A stretch of 62,921 bases of DNA, counting the filler, from Octopus bimaculoides (taxonomy: Eukaryota), in NCBI RefSeq assembly GCF_001194135.2. It is 6 parts of 6 records of this genome, joined end to end, with 100 filler letters (N's around TTAATTAATTAA, not from the genome) between each part and the next. Parts side by side here need not be neighbours in the genome. Positions count along the whole stretch, not along the records: positions 39,646 to 51,130 come from NC_068992.1; 5 more parts are not named here. One strand, given 5' to 3'. The position numbers and the translations under genes are program-made. Of the stretch, positions 39,901-51,230 are shown piece after piece (position 1 is the first letter of the stretch; every line of letters begins with the position of its first letter). The notes below the pieces were generated by a model that worked only from the letters and a program-made list of their open reading frames with translations, made no database searches and was not told where the DNA came from.

Positions 39901-41157
39901 TTAAATACATTTTTCTGATATCTGAAAAGAAACAGAAATTTTAGCAAAACATATTAAGCAACACTAATAATAAATTAAAAAAAACATAAAAATACACAAG
40001 CTTTGACGGTTTTATAGATATTTAAAAATTATGATGCTATGATGCTAGTTGTTTCCATTATTTTGTCCAACTCCTGTATATACACATATTCATACACACT
40101 TACACACATTCATACACTTACACACATTCATACACACTTACACATATACATACACTTGTACAAACATTATATTGTACCCACAGATTCCCTAACAACTGTT
40201 CCTTTCAACCCTTCGTTTTCTTATGAATTATTCTGACTTCAAAACGATAATCCCTACCTCTTTATGTGTAGCTTAGCCATCACTTTCAAGTGAGTAAGAC
40301 TTCATAAAGAGTAGCATGTTTCAGCTAATTATTTTAGGTCCCTACGAAATCACAGCAGATATAATCAGCCTCTCGGTTCCATTATTATTGACCTGGGAGA
40401 ATCTCAAAGCGGTGAGAGCTGGAGGAAGAGCTAGAGGGAGAGAGCATTAGAGTTCCGTCAGCGATAGGCTTGTACACAATTTCAGATAAATAGAACAGAA
40501 TAACATGAAATGAAATGTCTTGCTCAAGGATATTACAGGACAAGTGTGTCTTATTATTCACTGCCTCCTTCTTCTCCTACTCCTACTCCTTCTCCTCCTC
40601 CTCTTTCTTCCCCTCCTCCTTCTTCGAATTGTTTCTGGGGTTATCTGTTTGCTTCTTCTTCAATCATTTACTTCTTTCTTTCATATTTCCATTCTTTACT
40701 CGACAGTGGGGAGAGGGGACAGTCTTTTTATTTCCTTTTCCAATGACGACACAAAAGTTTTAGCAAACAAACAAATAGGCCACATCGTATGTCTGGACAT
40801 TTGCGCAAGGTGACCCCATTCGCTTGGTTTGTCCAAGCAGTACAAGGGGAGGAGATATTTTTCCTGGGAGGCTCATGTGAGATTTTATAGAAAAGAAAAC
40901 AATTGCTTCGACCGACAAAGATATTTGATGAATATATATATTTATAGATTCAAAATTGGATGTGGCACTTAAGCTTAGGCACCAGAATATAGTATGGTAT
41001 TATCCAAACAATTCCAAAAACAAGGTGATCAAAAACCAAAGAAAGAAGACAAAAAAACCATCTTGACATAGCCATCTTCTTGTGATAACTAAGTGTGATG
41101 TGATGGAGGAAAAAGACAACAAGAAGCAAAAGTACAGAATGAAACGTTGGACCTTAC

Positions 41158-41320
41158 CTTGTAAACCGCGGCGGAGTAAACGATCGCTCCAGATCAAAAC
41201 ACGTCTTCCTCGTAAGCTGTCTGTCTTCTGACTGCCCCCACGTGCTGGCCTTCGACCGCGTGTGTCCGACTTCCGGTCTGACCCTTCCGGTCTGGCCCTT
41301 CCGGTCTGGCTTCACTTCTG
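41158..41320 (-). promoter_or_regulatory. GC/CpG-rich promoter-like island with three tandem ETS motifs (CCGGAAG) and a downstream 5' splice site AAG|GTAAGG at 41158/41157
   Basis: ACTTCCGGTCTGACCCTTCCGGTCTGGCCCTTCCGGTCTGG at ~41269-41309; E-box CACGTG at 41239; CpG-rich within AT-rich surroundings. Confidence 0.4.
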
Positions 41321-41829
41321 TTTGCCTCATCCCTCTCCACCAACAACACACAGCTCATCACAGCCCATAACACCACACTAAGATTTCAACTTTATCTATA
41401 GATGATATATTTTTTCACACCACTTCTGCTATTGCTGTTAGTTTTTAGAATGTATCTTACTTATTTTTACTCTATGTAGCTTATAAGAATAGGATGTTTT
41501 CTAAGTTCTTAATGTTTTTAATTAGTTCTCAAACCTTGAAAATTTTCTATTTTATTTTATTTAATGCCTGACTCTAAAAGGATCCTTATTATTCCATTAT
41601 TTCAGGGCTTGTATTGGTAGTATTATAGTTATTCTATAGTTTGACTTAAATAAATCTAATCCTTGTTTCATTAATATTCTGCAATTAGCCCATGTTAGTT
41701 TTAAAACAAGTTCTTGACTATGTAAGATAGTATAATTAAACTAGTACATAATTATCATGTTCTCTATTAATTGTCTTGGACTATTATTGAATTCTTAATT
41801 CCTACCATTCTTTTTATTAGTTCCTTAAA

Positions 41830-42320
41830 CCTTGATAAACCTTGATAAACCCATTATTATAAACTATGTAAATCCTATATTAATTCTTTACATTATAAAA
41901 TAAATTCTATCCCTTATGTGTTCTTTAAATATTAGATATATAAGTTTTTAATTTTCACCATTATAATTCTATGTTAATTCCAATCATTCACTTTACTAGT
42001 TTTTAAAACCTTGATAAGTCCATCATTATAAAAAGCTTTATAAACTATGTAAATCCTTGTATCAATTCTTTACATCAGTTATAAAATAAATTTATATCTT
42101 ATGTGTCCATTAAATATAATATTAGATATATAATTTCCACCATTAATTTTAATCATTCATTTTATCAGTTTTCTTTAACATTAATGAGTCCAAAATTATA
42201 AACCATTTATAAACCATTATAAACCATGTATATCCTATGTATAGATTCTTTTATAGTCGTTATAAAATAAATTTTATCTCTTATGTGTCTTTCAAATAAT
42301 ATTAGATATATTAGCTTAAA
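41830..42320. repeat. Degenerate AT-rich tandem repeat, about 170-bp unit, three copies
   Basis: Recurrent ATAAACTATGTAAATCC...TTATAAAATAAATT...CTTATGTGT...ATTAGATATAT blocks at roughly 170-bp spacing. Confidence 0.7.
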
Positions 42321-43824
42321 TTTTAATTTTAAAATGATTTTTAAAATAATTTAAAATAGTTTCTTTAGTCCAATATATATAAAATTTTTAAACTTCACAC
42401 CTTATCTATAGCTTTTAAATTCAAAATTGACACTACTTCAGGGATTTTGTATGAACTAACTACATCTTTATTATTAACATAATAATTAAGCTAATATCGA
42501 TATCTATAAGTTTCCATACTTGGTATATGTAAAACAATACTGATACATTATTCTGACTAAAGAAAAAGTCCTGTTGACCTAGATGCTTAATGTTAAATTT
42601 CTCCTACTACATTATGATAGTGAAAAAAACCCAACCTAAAATTGTGTTGCCACTATGACCAGAGGAATCTTTATAACCATATCCATGTATAATGTTTACC
42701 CCTTCCCTTTCCTTATAAGAGAAAGGTTGGTTGCCCCCTTAAGCTTTAAATCACTAGATAAAAAACAAATAAAATCAGGGACAGTTAGAATTCTGCCTAG
42801 AATTAATTACTAGCCTGCTAGCCTTGGCTATGTCAAGATGGTTTTTTGTCTTCTTTCCCACTTAGATTGTTTAAATGTTGTCACAACAGTAATATGTCCA
42901 TTCAGCTGAANNNNNNNNNNNNNNNNNNNNNNNNNNNNNNNNNNNNNNNNNNNNNNNNNNNNNNNNNNNNNNNNNNNNNNNNNNNNNNNNNNNNNNNNNN
43001 NNNNNNNNNNNNNNNNNNNNNNNNNNNNNNNNNNNNNNNNNNNNNNNNNNNNNNNNNNNNNNNNNNNNNNNNNNNNNNNNNNNNNNNNNNNNNNNNNNNN
43101 NNNNNNNNNNNNNNNNNNNNNNNNNNNNNNNNNNNNNNNNNNNNNNNNNNNNNNNNNNNNNNNNNNNNNNNNNNNNNNNNNNNNNNNNNNNNNNNNNNNN
43201 NNNNNNNNNNNNNNNNNNNNNNNNNNNNNNNNNNNNNNNNNNNNNNNNNNNNNNNNNNNNNNNNNNNNNNNNNNNNNNNNNNNNNNNNNNNNNNNNNNNN
43301 NNNNNNNNNNNNNNNNNNNNNNNNNNNNNNNNNNNNNNNNNNNNNNNNNNNNNNNNNNNNNNNNNNNNNNNNNNNNNNNNNNNNNNNNNNNNNNNNNNNN
43401 NNNNNNNNNNNNNNNNNNNNNNNNNNNNNNNNNNNNNNNNNNNNNNNNNNNNNNNNNNNNNNNNNNNNNNNNNNNNNNNNNNNNNNNNNNNNNNNNNNNN
43501 NNNNNNNNNNNNNNNNNNNNNNNNNNNNNNNNNNNNNNNNNNNNNNNNNNNNNNNNNNNNNNNNNNNNNNNNNNNNNNNNNNNNNNNNNNNNNNNNNNNN
43601 NNNNNNNNNNNNNNNNNNNNNNNNNNNNNNNNNNNNNNNNNNNNNNNNNNNNNNNNNNNNNNNNNNNNNNNNNNNNNNNNNNNNNNNNNNNNNNNNNNNN
43701 NNNNNNNNNNNNNNNNNNNNNNNNNNNNNNNNNNNNNNNNNNNNNNNNNNNNNNNNNNNNNNNNNNNNNNNNNNNNNNNNNNNNNNNNNNNNNNNNNNNN
43801 NNNNNNNNNNNNNNNNNNNNNNNN

Positions 43825-43877
<53 letters not shown>

Positions 43878-44547
43878 GTATACATCTGTAGCCTGAGACA
43901 ACTCTTATGTATAACCTACTTTGAACTAATTTAACCTAAGACAACTTGGTATCATTTATACTTGTCTAATTTAACTGTTGTCACCAGAAATGATTAATAT
44001 TTTGTCAAATATATTTTCGAGTAGATTAGCGAACAACCCACCAAAAATCTAGCGGGTTTATTTTTATCTTGGTTAAGTAGATCATAATCTTTCTACTTCA
44101 AGCCTTGCTTAAGCCCCTGTTTTGGGTCAAATAACAGAAGTTGGTCCTGTGGCTAAGACATGCAGAACTCAGAGGAAGCCTGCTCCCTAGACTCAAATCA
44201 CACAGGCCAACTAACGTGTGGACATGTCTTGATGCCATGTGAACCAATAGCCCCTGTATAAGGATTATATAGACACAGTGCTTCAAGGGTAAGCTTTAGA
44301 GGATAGGAGATTAGCAGTGTAAACTGTAAATAAACCAGCGAAGGGCAATGGGAAACTATTGCTGTATGAATGTATGAATGTTCAGACTTTGGTGTGGAGA
44401 TCCATGATGGTCGCCGCCTGTAAAATAAGCATAGCTCATGAAGAGAGAGAGGGGGAGGAGAAAAAGAGAGGAAAGGACAGGGGAGAAAGGGGAGACAGGG
44501 AACACAGAGAGAAGGAGAAAGTGAGAGAGAGGGAGAGGGAGAGAGAA

Positions 44548-44820
44548 GTAGACGCAGTATGGCTGAATGGTTAAAAAGTTTGCTCCTCAGTCAGAAAGCC
44601 GAGGGTTCCATCTTGTATTTTAGCATGCCATCGCGTCAGCCCGAGTTTCGTGAGTGAATCCTGGTGGATGGAAACTGTAGAATCCCGTCTGATGGATTGT
44701 ATCCGTAATTTAAAGATCTAGTCTTACCACACACTGTGTCAGGCTCATTTTCACCTGAGAATCACATTAAGGAGACATGTGTCTGCGGAATACTCAGTCA
44801 CCTACACGATAATTCAAATA
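44548..44820 (+). mobile_element. Degenerate tRNA-derived SINE
   Basis: TGGCTGAATGG A-box-like head, GGGTTCCATC B-box-like motif, GTGAGTGAATCCTGGTGGATGGAAACTG body similar to 56535-56700. Confidence 0.55.
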
Positions 44821-44951
44821 ATTTGATCATTCAGTTGATCAAGCAACTGTAATTGATGCTCGTAAATTTGGCTGAGATCCATTTTTAGCTTAATTAAAAG
44901 TTTTTAGTTTTTAATTTAGTTGTAACTAAGTGTATCTTTTTTATTTTTTAT

Positions 44952-45160
44952 CTTCTTTCAGTCATTAGACTGCCACCAAGCTGGGGCACCACCTTGAAGA
45001 ATTTTTAGTCAAATGAATCGACCCCAATACTTATTTATTTATTAAGCCTAGTACTTATTTTGTCGGTCACTTTTGCCGGACCTCTAAGTTACGGAGACGT
45101 AAATACTCCAACACCGGTTGTCAAGCAGTGGTGGGGGACAAACGCACACGCACACACACA
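44952..45160 (-). mobile_element. Partial SINE (3' half)
   Basis: Similar to 29350-29560 (AATCGACCCC...AAGCCTAGTACTTAT...CGGTTGTCAAGC...GGGGGACAAAC). Confidence 0.8.
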
Positions 45161-45309
45161 TACATAGGGTTGGCCACTATGTCGTCCCACTCATCTCACA
45201 AAACCGTCGCAATTATCACCATGAAGACCAGTTCTATTAGGCACTAGAATAACTTCAGAAAAATGTCAGTAACTTGCTTATATTTTATTTATGGATGACC
45301 ACTCAACAG

Positions 45310-46490
45310 AACATCATCATCATCATCATCATCGTTTAACGTCCGCTTTCCATGCTANNNNNNNNNNNNNNNNNNNNNNNNNNNNNNNNNNNNNNNNNNN
45401 NNNNNNNNNNNNNNNNNNNNNNNNNNNNNNNNNNNNNNNNNNNNNNNNNNNNNNNNNNNNNNNNNNNNNNNNNNNNNNNNNNNNNNNNNNNNNNNNNNNN
45501 NNNNNNNNNNNNNNNNNNNNNNNNNNNNNNNNNNNNNNNNNNNNNNNNNNNNNNNNNNNNNNNNNNNNNNNNNNNNNNNNNNNNNNNNNNNNNNNNNNNN
45601 NNNNNNNNNNNNNNNNNNNNNNNNNNNNNNNNNNNNNNNNNNNNNNNNNNNNNNNNNNNNNNNNNNNNNNNNNNNNNNNNNNNNNNNNNNNNNNNNNNNN
45701 NNNNNNNNNNNNNNNNNNNNNNNNNNNNNNNNNNNNNNNNNNNNNNNNNNNNNNNNNNNNNNNNNNNNNNNNNNNNNNNNNNNNNNNNNNNNNNNNNNNN
45801 NNNNNNNNNNNNNNNNNNNNNNNNNNNNNNNNNNNNNNNNNNNNNNNNNNNNNNNNNNNNNNNNNNNNNNNNNNNNNNNNNNNNNNNNNNNNNNNNNNNN
45901 NNNNNNNNNNNNNNNNNNNNNNNNNNNNNNNNNNNNNNNNNNNNNNNNNNNNNNNNNNNNNNNNNNNNNNNNNNNNNNNNNNNNNNNNNNNNNNNNNNNN
46001 NNNNNNNNNNNNNNNNNNNNNNNNNNNNNNNNNNNNNNNNNNNNNNNNNNNNNNNNNNNNNNNNNNNNNNNNNNNNNNNNNNNNNNNNNNNNNNNNNNNN
46101 NNNNNNNNNNNNNNNNNNNNNNNNNNNNNNNNNNNNNNNNNNNNNNNNNNNNNNNNNNNNNNNNNNNNNNNNNNNNNNNNNNNNNNNNNNNNNNNNNNNN
46201 NNNNNNACTTTCAGCGCACCCACCCCCACTACTAACTTGGTCGCCCAGATAGCGGAAGCTATCGACTACCTCTAGTTTTTCACCCTGGAATGAGATAGAA
46301 GTTGTTTCCTGTTTGTTTGCAGTCTTTATTGCACCTGAACATCTGCCACAAACAAAAACTAACTTGCTAGTTAACCTGCCTTTGATGTTGCTGCACCTCT
46401 TATGTGTCCATAGCTTGCACCGGGTACATCTTATAGAGTTACTACCTACTCCTTTTCTACATACTGAGCAGGGCCATCTACCTGAAGAAC
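45310..46490 (-). mobile_element. RTE-clade LINE with a PHD finger inside the RT region; 3' end with (GAT)n tail; middle in a gap
   Basis: SGRWPCSVCRKGVGSNSIRCTRCKLWTHKRCSNIKGRLTSKLVFVCGRC (C4-H-C3) followed by EKLEVVDSFRYLGDQVSSGGG; minus-strand end AGCATGGAAAGCGGACGTTAAAC(GAT)n at 45310-45357. Confidence 0.8.
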
Positions 46491-47347
46491 AAAAAAAGAA
46501 AATAATCTGAAGGTTTTTGTCATTTATTTTTAGAAAAAAGAAACAGCAAATGAGAAAGAGATACAAGCTAGCGACAATTATTTTACAGTAGAACTTTGGT
46601 TTCATTGATTCCAGAAAATAAATGAATGCTTTTAATTCTTATAAATGAATTACAAGAAAAGAGTGAAACGAACAATTTTTGAAGCATTGTTCACTTTTCT
46701 ATATAACACTGATTCTTCATAACTCTACAGAAATTGTTTTGTGCTGTGATTTTGTGCAATTAAAATATAAAAACAGGATTATAGTTATTCATACGGTTAT
46801 TGCCAAAAGGTGGAGAAATTGATTGCAGACGATAATCGATTTCTCCACTTTGATTTCAGATCGAATAATTTCGTAAAATCGTGTTACATAGAGAACTGTA
46901 GTTATAAGGGAAACTAAAAATATTCGATGCCCTCGAAGACAAACTATGGTAAATTTGGAACTGTTCACATCCAAACTTTTTGACATCCAGTGCAACCTTT
47001 TTTGTGGAAACAAATTTTTTTCTTTGAATTTCATGAAATCGTACTTCGGTGGATCGTTGTCTTTGATTTGGTATATCAAAGGATAAAGTAGTCTGGATCC
47101 ATAAATTCCACCTGAAAAATAACCTTCAACATTGGTCTTAGAACTTCCATATGGTTCTTGACTTATTGAAGTATTTCATTAGATTATTTAATCACCTCCA
47201 CTAAAGGATATCATTGATGATTGCAAATTTTTCAAGGTTTCCATTTTCAATACGGTCCCTTCAAATTAATACAGTTCTATATTTAAGAGATGAACAATTA
47301 TGTACATTATTTACATTTGACGGACATTTGTCCTCATCTTGTTTGTT

Positions 47348-47393
47348 GTTAATACGTTTCGGCTGATGTACCCTCCAGCCTTCATCAGGTGCC
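47348..47393 (-). ncRNA. Minimal hammerhead motif (core intact, stem I damaged)
   Basis: GGCAC-CUGAUGA-A-GGCUG-GAGGGUACAU-CAGCC-GAAAC-GUA-UUAAC. Confidence 0.6.
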
Positions 47394-47420
47394 TTGGTAT
47401 TTTTCGATGTTATTATTATA

Positions 47421-47475
<55 letters not shown>

Positions 47476-47565
47476 TCGATTCCAAGCAGTGACCTGAATA
47501 ATAATAATAATAATAGCATCGAAAAATACCTTAGGAATAAGAACCCAGGTTCGAAATTTCCCCAA

Positions 47566-47611
47566 GACACCTGATGTAGGCTGGAGAGTATATCAGCTGA
47601 AACGTTGTATT
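47566..47611 (+). ncRNA. Minimal hammerhead motif (A9>U core change)
   Basis: GACAC-CUGAUGU-A-GGCUG-GAGAGUAUAU-CAGCU-GAAAC-GUU-GUAUU; palindromic AACGUU helix III; the 21730 copy has GUGUU, which restores stem I. Confidence 0.6.
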
Positions 47612-48599
47612 AACAACAAACAAGATGAGGACAAATATCCGTCAAATGCAAATCATGTAAATAATGTTCAAATTAATAATTTTCCTGTAAAAGCCACAAG
47701 CTTTGAATGATATCCACGGTTTCAACATGGTGGTGTAAGGAAACTTTCGTCGTTATGTTTAAACTTGATGGAACTGAAAATATCAATGAAATACCCCAGC
47801 CTAAAAACAAAACGTTTCAATTTTAAAGCAGATCGTAAATGGGAGGGTGGTCCTTGACGCTCGAGAAATTCGAGGTTTTCATACTGAAGTTCCACTACAA
47901 GTACGAAAAGACGGCCATAACTTAGCCAACGTACTTCTGTGTTAAACATTAAAACATAATATTCCGCTTAAATCTCCAAAAAGGCTGATGATTCAAGGCA
48001 CATCCACAAATAAAAATGAATGTTGGCACAACTATTCATTAGTTGTTAGTTTTGCGACAACAGAGGTGGCCTACAACAGCAAAGGTTTTACACTGAAGTC
48101 TGTGAGTTTAGTAAGTAGTGAGGTAAGTCGTTATGATATGGGTATTCGTCAGAGAAAATATATTTCAACAAAAGAATTGGGTAGCACTTGGTACTTAGAA
48201 ATAAAAGAGGGTGAAGATAAGAGGGCAATGCAGGAATAAAGATTAAAACATAGTCATTCATTTGGGAGAAGGAGTGATATAATTGTATTTGTGTAGATAA
48301 GAGCCAAAATACATGTGTGACAGGTTGGTGAGAAAGCAATAGTTATGAGTTAAGCAAATGATTAATGCATGAATTTGTAAGTGAAGTTCAACAGACATCA
48401 TTAAAAACCAATACAGAAATGGGAGGAGGGGACACTGATTGTCATGGAGATAATGTATTTTTGAGAGCAGGAAAAAGACAGAGAGAAAGTGAAAAGTGTT
48501 AATTATTTCACAGTGACCAGAATGAAAGAGGAAAGCAGTTAAAGAATGTAAGAAAATACGTTAAGTTTCAAAATAATTATTTACATCTTTTTTTTACGA

Positions 48600-49680
48600 A
48601 GATGTTAATCTTCCATAAGGCCTGTTGGTGAGGCAGTGCCGAGTACACAGGTAAGTTACTTATCTCTACGTTTTGTGGAGATGTGAAGAACTATAAGTGT
48701 TCAGAAACTCCACACACCGAGAGGTAATTAACGGAGTGACCAGGTGAATTGAAATGGTGGGCAACATGTTTTGTCTGATACGGGTAGAGAATGCTAAATT
48801 GATAACAGGATCGGTCACCTAAATAATATTTTATGCCATCGATGTATTGTGCTTAAGAAATGGTATGTTGTAGATGAGATTGATAAGATGTTGGGTGAAT
48901 TGGCACGAGGATTTCGGGCTGATTATGATTGTAGCGTTTAAGATATAATCAAATGGGACATCTTGGCGAGGGCATTTAAAGGTACCTGGCTAAATGTCAC
49001 TAGAAGTCAAGTACCCGACTAGTTGTGACTAGGAGTTAGGTACTCGGTTGGTTGTGACTAAGCTTCTAACCACGGGGTTATGGAGGTTTCTGTCTCCTTT
49101 GAAAGAGAAAAGAAATGGCGAGGTTCCCGGGTGAGAGAGTAAAATATAGAAATTAAGGTGGGAAGTGGATTTTAATGGAATGCTAGCTTGGTAAAAGGTA
49201 AAAGATGGCGGGGTGCAGTCGGAGGAACTACGGGTGGCTGATAGGAGTGTGGTGTTGTAGATGATGGCTCTAGATTAGTGCAACGTAACATGCACAACTG
49301 ACAGAGCACCCCGCCATCAAAGATGTGATTTACTCCGATTTAGAAGACGAGATCATTGCTAAGATGAGGAGAAGGTAGAGTTTTGGAGGGAGGTGGTAGG
49401 GTTTTGGAGGGAGTGGTAATTGATTTGATGGTGTGCGGAGTAAAGGGAAAGAATAATTGAGATAGGAGTTGAAATGAGTAGGTTTACAATATGATGAGTA
49501 GAAAGGTATCAATGATGAGAGAGGGAGATCGCTAAAGAGAGAGGGAGAGTGCTATCAACTGACAGATATGTTGGGTGGGGCTGTAAATATCAATGTAGAG
49601 TGCAACAGGGAGGTGTAAGACGATGGAAATATGGGAACTCGGAGAAAATGGGGTGGTAAGAAGGTGATGAGTGGTAGATA
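48600..49680 (-). mobile_element. Decayed Neptune-like Penelope element (linker + GIY-YIG endonuclease)
   Basis: Minus strand: SFKGDRNL, GTFKCPR (48966-48986), NLIYNI, VAHHFNSPGHSVNYLSVCG (to ~48765); C-rich coding strand upstream. Confidence 0.6.
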
Positions 49681-49766
49681 CATCTTTTAATTACTCTAAT
49701 TACCAAAATACTATTTTCAGTTTTTATTCTGTGCGAATCATATGGAAATAGTAATAGTCAAAATAT

Positions 49767-49960
49767 GGTGGCAATCTGGCAGAATTGTTAGCACGCCGAA
49801 CAAAGTAATTAGCGGTATTTCATCCGTCTTTACGTTCGGAGTTAAAATTCATCCTTTTCGGGGTCAATAAAATAAATACCAGTTGAGCACTGGGGGTCGA
49901 TGTAATCGACTTAAACCCCTTCCTCAAAATTGCTGGCCTTGTGCCAAAATTTGAAACCAT
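49767..49960 (+). mobile_element. tRNA-derived SINE, second family
   Basis: CTGGCAGAATTGTTAGCACGCCG head; GTCGATGTAATCGAC hairpin; GCTGGCCTTGTGCCAAAATTTGAAAC tail shared with 56012-56210. Confidence 0.8.
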
Positions 49961-50235
49961 TATTATTTGCCGAAATGTATTCACATTAAATATTGATGCC
50001 GTGACTTACGTACAAATCTTTTAATGGGGATAACCTGTTGGCAGCAATTTTTTGTTGTGTTTAATTTTGTTGAAGCATAGCAAAGGAAGATGTTAAAAAA
50101 ATGTTAATAATAGAAAAAAAGGGGTTGATAGTTTTTGAAAAGTGTTTGAAGACCAATGCAGAAGGAGATGAAGAAGTAGAAATATAGTTCACATCAGGTG
50201 TAAGAAGTGGCACGAACAAGTCAGAGATTCACAAG

Positions 50236-50437
50236 TTCTTTTCTACTCTAGACACAAGGCCCGAAATTTTGGGGGAGGGGCCCAATCGATTATGCAACTG
50301 GTACTTAATTTATCGACCCCGAAAAGATAAAAGGCAAAGTCGACCTTGGTGGAATTTGAACTCAGAACATAAAGACAGACGAAATACTGCTAAGCATTTC
50401 GGCCGGCGTGCTAACGTTTCTGCCAGCTTGCCGCCTT
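50236..50437 (-). mobile_element. tRNA-derived SINE, second family
   Basis: The reverse complement begins AAGGCGGCAAGCTGGCAGAAACGTTAGCACGCCGG and contains the B-box GAGTTCAAATTCC. Confidence 0.85.
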
Positions 50438-50670
50438 GAGATGCATAAGTTCTACAATAAGCCATCACCAAAACATTGACAGTATTGCTTTCAAATATTG
50501 CTTTTTTTTTTTTTTAACAAAATTTGCTCTTTTTTTATGTAAATATCATCTTACAAACATTAAAAAACAATTTCGTTTACTCACACTTCGATTTAAAACA
50601 AAAAAACTTGCTTAAAGTTTCAGCATGACTACAAAATTATTTTGTAATATAATCTTTTATTATTGTTGTA

Positions 50671-50717
<47 letters not shown>

Positions 50718-51130
50718 TTACTCAAAGTAAATGCGGTCAGGTCCATAGTAATGATATTTGCATGACCCTCCCAGAGGAGTGAAATCATTGTGATTGATGT
50801 TCGAATTGAAAATAAATTAATTAATCTTAATATATAAATCTGAAATTGTGTGTTTGTGTGAAACCTTTTTGAATGTTTATAGAAATCCACATTTTCCACT
50901 TTTTCGTAAAAATGTTTACATCAATGGAATTTTCTCGATCTGAACTTTCCAGTGCAGTAATTAGATTTTTTAAATTCCGTTTACTTTGTGTGATTTAAGG
51001 GAGATTTGGCTGTTGTTTCTAGCAACTTTTATATTTCATCCCTGCTACCTGGAACGCCATTCTTACACACGCGCTCAACATAAAAATATAGAGAGTAAAA
51101 GTAAGAGGGAGAGGGAGAGAGAGAGAAAGT

Positions 51131-51230
51131 NNNNNNNNNNNNNNNNNNNNNNNNNNNNNNNNNNNNNNNNNNNNTTAATTAATTAANNNNNNNNNNNNNN
51201 NNNNNNNNNNNNNNNNNNNNNNNNNNNNNN
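51131..51230. other. Artificial scaffold spacer N44-TTAATTAATTAA-N44
   Basis: Exact 100-bp spacer. Confidence 0.95.

Larger units (their letters stand above)
41041..42857. repeat. 1.8-kb segment bounded by a 33/34-bp inverted repeat; unclassified element
   Basis: GAAAGAAGACAAAAAAACCATCTTGACATAGCCA (41041-41074) is the reverse complement of TGGCTATGTCAAGATGGTTTTTTGTCTTCTTTC (42825-42857), apart from one A/T in the homopolymer. Confidence 0.7.
47304..47667. mobile_element. Foldback element: two inverted PLE-type arms, each with a hammerhead motif, around a (TTA)n-hairpin-(TAA)n centre
   Basis: 47304-47409 is the imperfect reverse complement of 47517-47667 (the right arm has an extra ~35 bp); central TCAGGTC...GACCTGA hairpin. 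Confidence 0.85.
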
